Assembly: GCA_963717985.1 (NCBI GenBank)
Contig: CAVQYC010000005.1
Location: 73,106-137,105, forward strand
Reading direction: 5' to 3'
Length of the DNA stretch: 64,000 nucleotides
Source of the DNA: an uncultured delta proteobacterium
GTDB taxonomy: Bacteria; Desulfobacterota; Syntrophorhabdia; Syntrophorhabdales; WCHB1-27
The notes under the pieces are model-generated. The model saw only the letters and a program-made list of their open reading frames with translations. It was not told the DNA's origin and did not search any database. Of this stretch, positions 37,063 through 43,302 are shown one piece after another. A program made the translations under genes and the position numbers. Every line of letters starts with the position of its first letter. Position 1 is the first letter of the stretch.

Positions 37063-38037
37063 ATGGAATCCTTTTCACACTTCAACGCGCAAACAATTGA
37101 CGACGCTGTTTTGATACTGAGGAGGTATGGCGACAGGGCCCATGTGATCGCGGGCGGCACCGATCTCATCGGCAAGATGAAGGATAGAATACTGCCGGGA
37201 TACCCAGAAGCCCTGGTAAACATTAAGACTATCCCGAACCTAGGTTTTATAGAAACAAGAAACGGCATGGCGAGGATCGGCCCACTCTGCACGCTTGAGG
37301 AAATTGCGAAGAGCGAAATGGTAACCCACCATTGGCCGGCATTGACACAAGCAGCGGCCAGAGCTGCATCCCCTCATCTCAGGGAAATGGGGACCATCGG
37401 CGGCAATATCTGTCAGGATATCCGGTGCTGGTACTATAGAAGCCCCGACAACCGGTTTCCATGTCTCAGAAAAGGTGGAGGGAGGTGTTATGCCATCGAG
37501 GGAGACAACCGCTTTCATTCCATATTCGGCGGAAGTGTACAGGAAGGGTGCTGTGCCGTTCATCCTAGCGATGTCGCACCGGCCCTGGTTGCGCTCGGTG
37601 GCAGCGTGAAGACCACACAAAGGACGGTACCGATAGAGAGCTTCTTTAGGGTTTCGGTACAGCAGACGACCATCCTGGATGCGGATGAGATCGTGACGGA
37701 GATCCGGCTTCCATTACCGGCGGAAGGCACCAAGAGCGCTTTTGGGAAGTTTGCCCTGAGGGCATCGATCGACTTCCCCATAGTGAATTGCGCCGCGGCC
37801 GTCACCGTTTCGCAGGGAAGGGCTATCGCCGCAAGGATCTGTCTCAACGCCGTATACGTCACGCCATACAGGCCCGCCGCGTCAGAAGAGGCGATCCTTG
37901 GAAAGCCGCTCACCGATATGAATATAGAACGCGCCGCGGATGCGGCCGTATCCGGCGCCAAGCCGCTGAGCCGTAACCGATATATGGTCCAGATTGCCCG
38001 GACCATGGTCAAGAGGGCATTACTCGCCTGCAGGTAG
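37063..38037 (+). CDS. FAD-binding medium subunit of the XDH family with a Cys-rich insertion
   Basis: SD GGAGGAGG upstream. VIAGGTDLIGKMK and TIGGNIC are FAD_binding_5 hallmarks. Insertion reads CQDIRCWYYRSPDNRFPCLRKGGGRC. Confidence 0.8.
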   Translation: MESFSHFNAQTIDDAVLILRRYGDRAHVIAGGTDLIGKMKDRILPGYPEALVNIKTIPNLGFIETRNGMARIGPLCTLEEIAKSEMVTHHWPALTQAAARAASPHLREMGTIGGNICQDIRCWYYRSPDNRFPCLRKGGGRCYAIEGDNRFHSIFGGSVQEGCCAVHPSDVAPALVALGGSVKTTQRTVPIESFFRVSVQQTTILDADEIVTEIRLPLPAEGTKSAFGKFALRASIDFPIVNCAAAVTVSQGRAIAARICLNAVYVTPYRPAASEEAILGKPLTDMNIERAADAAVSGAKPLSRNRYMVQIARTMVKRALLACR

Positions 38038-38244
38038 TGCGATGACCGTGAGCGTGAGGGTCTTTTAGCCACCGACAGAACCGGGGTGCTCACGAAGAAC
38101 GGTTCCCTCTTCCTCCGTACCGGGGGATGAACATTACGCGGTGGCTTCCAGAGGGCGGGATCTCGCTCTATACCTCGAGTTTAGGCCGAAGTCCACACAA
38201 ATAGGTTGACATTCATTCTGGCTGTGTTGTATGAAGTGGAAGGA

Positions 38245-38757
38245 ATGAAGCTCGGCAGCGCGCAAGATTACAAGTTCACCGACCTTGTTACGATCAAGAC
38301 CATTCAAGACCTTGTAAACCGCTTTCATGCATTGACAAGAAGGGGCATAGCGGTTTTCGGCGTGGACGGGAGCATATTGGTAAGCTCGCCCGGGCAGCGT
38401 CTATGCCTCGGTTTCCACCGCAAGAATCCGCATTCCGCAAAACTGTGCAGGGAAAGCGACCTCGCGATAACCAGGTTAATAGATCAAGAGAAAGGTTGCG
38501 TTATCCATAGATGCAAGCACGGCTTGATAGATTTTGCGGCTCCCGTGGTGGTTGAAGGCAAGCACATCGCCAACGTTTTCGGCGGGCAGTTTTTCACAGA
38601 AAGGCCGGATATGAAATTCTTCGAGGAGCGGGCCGGGACATTCGGATTCGATGTGGCTGAATACCTGGAGGCATTACGTGAGGTGCCGGTCCACAGAAAA
38701 AGCAGCATCAAGGTGATTCTCGAGGTATCTCGAGGGGTTCGCTCAACTCCTGGCTGA
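38245..38757 (+). CDS. PocR ligand-sensing domain ORF (5' part of a frameshifted sensor kinase)
   Basis: ...CLGFHRKNPHSAKLCRESD...HRCKHGLIDFAAPVVVEGKHIANVFGGQF. Start is uncertain (TTG 38206 or ATG 38245). Confidence 0.65.
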   Translation: MKLGSAQDYKFTDLVTIKTIQDLVNRFHALTRRGIAVFGVDGSILVSSPGQRLCLGFHRKNPHSAKLCRESDLAITRLIDQEKGCVIHRCKHGLIDFAAPVVVEGKHIANVFGGQFFTERPDMKFFEERAGTFGFDVAEYLEALREVPVHRKSSIKVILEVSRGVRSTPG

Positions 38758-38758
38758 C

Positions 38759-39859
38759 ATGGCTCAAGGGCGAATGCGGGAGTTGGGGGGTGAAGTCGCA
38801 TTGCGTGAGAGTGAAAAGAAATACCGCAGTATCTTCGAGAACGCTGCCGAAGGAATATTCCAGGCGACTGTGGAGGGTCGTTATTTGGACGTGAATCCCG
38901 CCTTTACTTCCATGCTCGGTTATGCAGACTCGAAGGAGTTGATTACAAGAGTTACCAACATCCGAGGGCAACAGTTCGTGAAGCGTGAGGATGCCGTGCG
39001 ATTTGAGAAGCTCCTTCGGGAGAACGGTACGGTGCAGGAATTCGAGACGCAGTTCTATAAAAAAAATGGACGAAAGACCTGGCTATCAGTAAACGCGCGG
39101 GTCGCTCACGGCAGGTGTGGGGGGCTGTTTTACGAAGGGACTGCAAAGAATATTACGAAACAGAAAGAGGCGGAACAAGCAACGCTGGCCGCACGAGAGA
39201 GGCTGCAAAGCCTGTCTCGAAGCCTGCTGCAAAGAATGGAAGCAGAACGGCACCTCTTGGCTTATGAGCTCCATGATGAAATAGGTCAGGTATTGACGGC
39301 CGTGAGAATCAACGTAGACTCGGTGCGACGTCTGGCTGACGAGTCAGAACGCGCCTCTCGAATAGACGAAAGCATTGAGATAATCGATAAGGCACTTGCT
39401 CAGGTTCGCGCTTTGTCGCTGAACCTGCGGCCGTCGATGCTGGACGATTTGGGCCTCGTGGTCGCGCTTAGATGGCTTGCGGACAGTGTGTCCAGAACTT
39501 ATCCCGTGAACATAAAGGTAGATGCCGGACCGATCCGCACACGGTTGGATGCGGAGGTTGAAACCACCTGTTTTCGGGTAGCCCAGGAGGCTGTGACAAA
39601 CGCCTTACGACACGCAAAACCGGACGAGATTCGTATTTCTGTCAAGGAACAACGTAACAGGCTCCACCTGCGTGTCTGTAACGACGGGACAGGTTTTAAC
39701 GTTAAGTTGGCTCGCGCGCTTGCCGTTCGGGGGGAGAGCTTTGGTTTGCTTGGAATGGAAGAACGCGTCTTGCTATGCGGCGGTGTTTTTCGTATTGTCT
39801 CTCAAACAGAAAGCGGCACACAATTGGTGGCAATACTTCCGCTTAAAGGGGGCATCTGA
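38759..39859 (+). CDS. PAS + HisKA_3 + HATPase_c histidine kinase part (NarX/DegS-type)
   Basis: PAS region (SEKKYRSIFENAAEGIFQ), H-box LAYELHDEIGQVL, and an ATPase C-terminal part. The frame continues upstream into the PocR ORF if 10 nt are removed. Confidence 0.75.
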   Translation: MAQGRMRELGGEVALRESEKKYRSIFENAAEGIFQATVEGRYLDVNPAFTSMLGYADSKELITRVTNIRGQQFVKREDAVRFEKLLRENGTVQEFETQFYKKNGRKTWLSVNARVAHGRCGGLFYEGTAKNITKQKEAEQATLAARERLQSLSRSLLQRMEAERHLLAYELHDEIGQVLTAVRINVDSVRRLADESERASRIDESIEIIDKALAQVRALSLNLRPSMLDDLGLVVALRWLADSVSRTYPVNIKVDAGPIRTRLDAEVETTCFRVAQEAVTNALRHAKPDEIRISVKEQRNRLHLRVCNDGTGFNVKLARALAVRGESFGLLGMEERVLLCGGVFRIVSQTESGTQLVAILPLKGGI

Positions 39860-39860
39860 A

Positions 39861-40532
39861 ATGAAGAAGATTAGGATCATGCTCGCCGACGATCATGCCC
39901 TGGTCAGAGCCGGATTTCGGCTGCTTCTCCATGAAATCCCCGACATTGAAGTAGTTGCGGAGGCGGGTGAAGGCTACGAAGTATTGAGGCAGATCAGAGA
40001 GAAACTTCCCGATATAGTGCTCATGGACATAGCGATGCCGGGATTGAATGGCCTTGAGGTATCTGCAAGAATAAGTAAGGAGGTCAAGGACGTCCACATT
40101 ATTTTCGTGTCGATGCATGATGACAGGCAATATGTGATGCAGGCCCTCAATGTTGGAGCTGCCGGATACGTGCTCAAGAACGCGGACCGCAGCGAGCTGG
40201 AGCTTGCTATCAGATCGGCCATGAAAGGAGAACCTTACCTGAGCCCTGCGGTCTCCAAGCAACTTATCGAGGGCTACACAGCTCGCAAGCGAGGGCTGGA
40301 AACCGAAACGCCAGCAGACCTGGAGGGGAGCCCGTACGAGAGACTTACCCCTCGCCAGCGACAGATCCTGCAACTGATCGCCGAGGGCAATACGTGCAAA
40401 GAGATTGCACAAAGGCTCAACCTGAGCTTCAGGACAGTGCAGGTACATCGCACACAGCTCATGAACCGCCTCAACATCCATGACACCGCCAACCTTGTGC
40501 GCTACGCTGTGAAGGCTAAGATAATCGTATAG
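39861..40532 (+). CDS. NarL/LuxR-family response regulator
   Basis: ATG lies 2 nt after the kinase stop. MKKIRIMLADDHALVRAG...VLMDIAMPGLNG... and a C-terminal LuxR HTH (LTPRQRQILQLIAEGNTCKEIAQRLNLSFRTVQVHR). Confidence 0.9.
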   Translation: MKKIRIMLADDHALVRAGFRLLLHEIPDIEVVAEAGEGYEVLRQIREKLPDIVLMDIAMPGLNGLEVSARISKEVKDVHIIFVSMHDDRQYVMQALNVGAAGYVLKNADRSELELAIRSAMKGEPYLSPAVSKQLIEGYTARKRGLETETPADLEGSPYERLTPRQRQILQLIAEGNTCKEIAQRLNLSFRTVQVHRTQLMNRLNIHDTANLVRYAVKAKIIV

Positions 40533-41649
40533 ACTCTTCTCCAGAATTAAGTAACGATTGGAGTCGCCGCAGACGCAACTTTTATGGGATTATCCATGAG
40601 ATCGCAGAGGGCATGATCGGCCCTCTCGATCAGGGCAGCTTTGCTCTTGCAGTGGATGTTCGCGAAGTGCTCGGCCTTCATGATGAGCCAAACCCTTTCT
40701 ATAGGATTGAAGTCTGGCGAATAGGGAGGAAGATAAACCGGTTCAAAGAAGTGCCAGTTAAGACTCTTCCGTTTATGCCAGGAAGCATTATCGAGAATGA
40801 GAATATTCCGTTTCCGGGAAGGGGTGATTGATTGAGCGGCTTCATCGAGGAATGCCTGGAAAACATCCGTATCGCAATGACTTGCCTCAATGGCGAAGAA
40901 CTCCCCGGTGCGGGGGCAGACGGTTCCAACGATGTTCAGCCGGATATGATCGCCATTATGGACTACTCGGGGCTTAGATCCTTTCATGGCCCAACCCCGA
41001 CGCGGTCTCGGTTCACCGTCAATTCCGGTTTCATCCCCGTACCACAGATCAACGTCGGGATGCTCCGCAAGGCTCCGTAGTTGATCCTTGAACTCCTCTC
41101 TCAGCTTCTCATCCTGTCTGTCCGGCCAGGGCCTCGGCACTTTCAGTACATAGCCCTTCTCGTGGAGAAGACGAAGAACCGTGTTGTAGGAACACTCAAC
41201 GGAGTACTTGGCCGTGATGTGACCATGGAAGGCAGAGGCTGTCCAGAACGTCCTCTGGGCGCGTCCCGGTTCTTCGAACTCTTCGATAATCTCTTCTTTC
41301 TTTTCGCCTGTAATAAGAGGTTTGCGTCCTGTCCGTCTCTTCGCAACAAGACCGTCGACGCCATAGGCATTGAAGGCCCTGATGATCTTCTTTATTGCGC
41401 TCTCCGACAGAACGAGCACCTTCATCGCCTGTTCCCTGGGAGAGCCGGTGAGAAGCATGATAATAACAAGGCATCGCCGATCGGTTTCCTTGTTGCCGGC
41501 CTTCCGAACTGCCTGAAGATCGGCGAGCGATGCGTTCTCCCCATTGGGAGTGAGATACCGTTGGGCCATGATTCATATGTAACCACATGTCTCTAGGAAT
41601 GTCTAGAATTATCAACATCAAACGGTAATTATTTCTGAGAAACGCTCTA
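40530..41649 (-). mobile_element. IS630-family insertion sequence, copy B (same orientation as copy A)
   Basis: Offset is +26,906 nt from copy A. All six-frame ORFs have identical translations, and the ends read identically. Confidence 0.9.
40547..41569 (-). CDS. IS630-family DDE transposase (identical to 13641-14663)
   Basis: Identical 340-aa translation. Confidence 0.9.
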   Translation of the reverse strand: MAQRYLTPNGENASLADLQAVRKAGNKETDRRCLVIIMLLTGSPREQAMKVLVLSESAIKKIIRAFNAYGVDGLVAKRRTGRKPLITGEKKEEIIEEFEEPGRAQRTFWTASAFHGHITAKYSVECSYNTVLRLLHEKGYVLKVPRPWPDRQDEKLREEFKDQLRSLAEHPDVDLWYGDETGIDGEPRPRRGWAMKGSKPRVVHNGDHIRLNIVGTVCPRTGEFFAIEASHCDTDVFQAFLDEAAQSITPSRKRNILILDNASWHKRKSLNWHFFEPVYLPPYSPDFNPIERVWLIMKAEHFANIHCKSKAALIERADHALCDLMDNPIKVASAATPIVT

Positions 41650-41650
41650 G

Positions 41651-41784
41651 ATCGTTTGTTTCAGGTCCTGCCTTATAAGAACTGCCGATGCCCCTAAGCA
41701 CTTCTTCGGTGCGCCATACGATTCTATAATCGTCGAACTAAGCCCTTTGCCTTATTGCCGGTCCATCGCCTGACGTGCGACAAT
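41651..41784 (+). repeat. intergenic repeat Y (paralog of 28995-29128)
   Basis: Starts at the first base after IS copy B. See repeat X. Confidence 0.7.
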
Positions 41785-41904
41785 CTCCTATCTTAATGAC
41801 GAGGGAAAAGCGAGTTCGAAAACCGCCTGAAGCTCCGGCGAAAGATCAGCTCAAGGGGTGGCGAACCTGGAGAGGAAATGACTGAGAACTCAAAGGAGGT
41901 AGGT

Positions 41905-42936
41905 ATGAAGGCGTTAAGATGGCACGGAAACAGAGACATTCGCTATGAAGACGCTCCCGAGCCGGAAGCAGGGCCAGGGCAAGTGAAGATCAAAATCAAT
42001 CTGGCCGGCGTCTGCGGCACCGATTTGAAGGAATATGTCGATGGTCCGATAATGATAGCCGTCGACAAAGCCCCGATAACATTAGGGCATGAATTCGCCG
42101 GAGAAGTCGTCGCATTAGGGAAGGATGTAACTGCCTTTAGAATAGGGGACAGGGTAACCGGATTGGGCGAATGGTATTGTGGCTATTGCCACTACTGCAA
42201 GAAAGGAATGTACAATCTCTGCCTGAACGGACCGTTCACGGGTTTGATGGAATCGGGATGCATGGCCGAATACATGGTTGCCCCCGCAAACACTTTATAT
42301 AAGCTGCCTGATGCCGTCACCGATGAAGAAGGCGCGTTGGTGGAGCCATTGTCAGTCGCCGTGCACGCGGTGCGGCTGGGCAAGATACAAATAGGGGACA
42401 GAGTGGCCGTCGTCGGAGACGGCACTATCGGGATCTCCACGGTAATGGCTGCACGAGCGGCCGGAGCGAGCGAGGTCTACCTCATCGCAAAATACAGGAA
42501 GAGGGGCACTAAGGCCCTGTCCATGGGGGCTACAAAAGTTATTTACTCCACGGAAGGTGATCCGGCGACCGAGATTAGCGCGTTGACGGAAGGCCTAGGC
42601 GTTGATGCTGCGATTGAATGCGTGGGCAGGCCTGAGACCCCCCAACTCACTGTAAGCCTGGTGCGCAAGGGTGGGGTAGCCGTAATGGTTGGGGTTTTCG
42701 GACAGGCGAGCACATTCAATTTCGGAAGCATAGTCTTCAATCAGATAACGGTTGTTGGAAGCCCGATCTATGTCGATGAAGCCAGGGCTGTCCTCGCATT
42801 GATGGCCGACAAGCGACTCGATGCGCGCGGTCTCATCACCGCGACAGTTCCATTAAGGGATGCTGTGGCGGCGGGATTTGACAGGCTGACAAGCAGCAAG
42901 GAAGGCAATATGAAAATACTGCTTCAAGTTCATTGA
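41905..42936 (+). CDS. Zn-dependent medium-chain alcohol/polyol dehydrogenase
   Basis: SD AAGGAGG upstream. Motifs GVCGTDLKEY, GHEFAGEV, structural-Zn CGYCHYCKKGMYNLC, and Rossmann VVGDGTIG. Confidence 0.85.
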   Translation: MKALRWHGNRDIRYEDAPEPEAGPGQVKIKINLAGVCGTDLKEYVDGPIMIAVDKAPITLGHEFAGEVVALGKDVTAFRIGDRVTGLGEWYCGYCHYCKKGMYNLCLNGPFTGLMESGCMAEYMVAPANTLYKLPDAVTDEEGALVEPLSVAVHAVRLGKIQIGDRVAVVGDGTIGISTVMAARAAGASEVYLIAKYRKRGTKALSMGATKVIYSTEGDPATEISALTEGLGVDAAIECVGRPETPQLTVSLVRKGGVAVMVGVFGQASTFNFGSIVFNQITVVGSPIYVDEARAVLALMADKRLDARGLITATVPLRDAVAAGFDRLTSSKEGNMKILLQVH

Positions 42937-43048
42937 TGAGTCATCGTTGACGGAATCGAGCAGTCTTAAAAGCGGCATTCTGATTTGCCTTCTTGACCGC
43001 CATTCTTGAATGAAGGGCAGAAGACCACAGGAAAAAGGTGGGGCGGCA

Positions 43049-43291
43049 GTGACGATACAGGTGAAAATTTACGGCACCCTCCGCTATTACAAAGAGATCG
43101 TAGAAAAGTACATTTCAGGAGAGAAGGTCGAGGTTCCGGAAGGTACGTCCGCCGGCGCAATTCTCGAGATGCTCCATCTACCGGAAAGGGTCGCGACAAT
43201 TCTTATCGTGAACGGGGCGTACACGGACAAGAAGAAGATACTGAAGGACGGGGACGCCGTTTACATCATCTCGCCCGCGAGCGGGGGATAG
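43049..43291 (+). CDS. ThiS/MoaD-family ubiquitin-fold protein ending in Gly-Gly
   Basis: VTIQVKIYGTLR...DGDAVYIISPASGG-stop. GTG 43049 has SD AAGGTGGGG; ATG 43010 is an alternative start. Confidence 0.7.
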   Translation: MTIQVKIYGTLRYYKEIVEKYISGEKVEVPEGTSAGAILEMLHLPERVATILIVNGAYTDKKKILKDGDAVYIISPASGG

Positions 43292-43302
43292 GGGAGGTAG
43301 CC

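Noticed and set aside
43006-43302. The first 99 codons of the 918-aa track ORF for the Mo large subunit.
   Set aside because: This part overlaps the ThiS/MoaD-like gene in another frame, is Arg/Gly-rich with no family similarity, and an SD-supported start exists at 43303.
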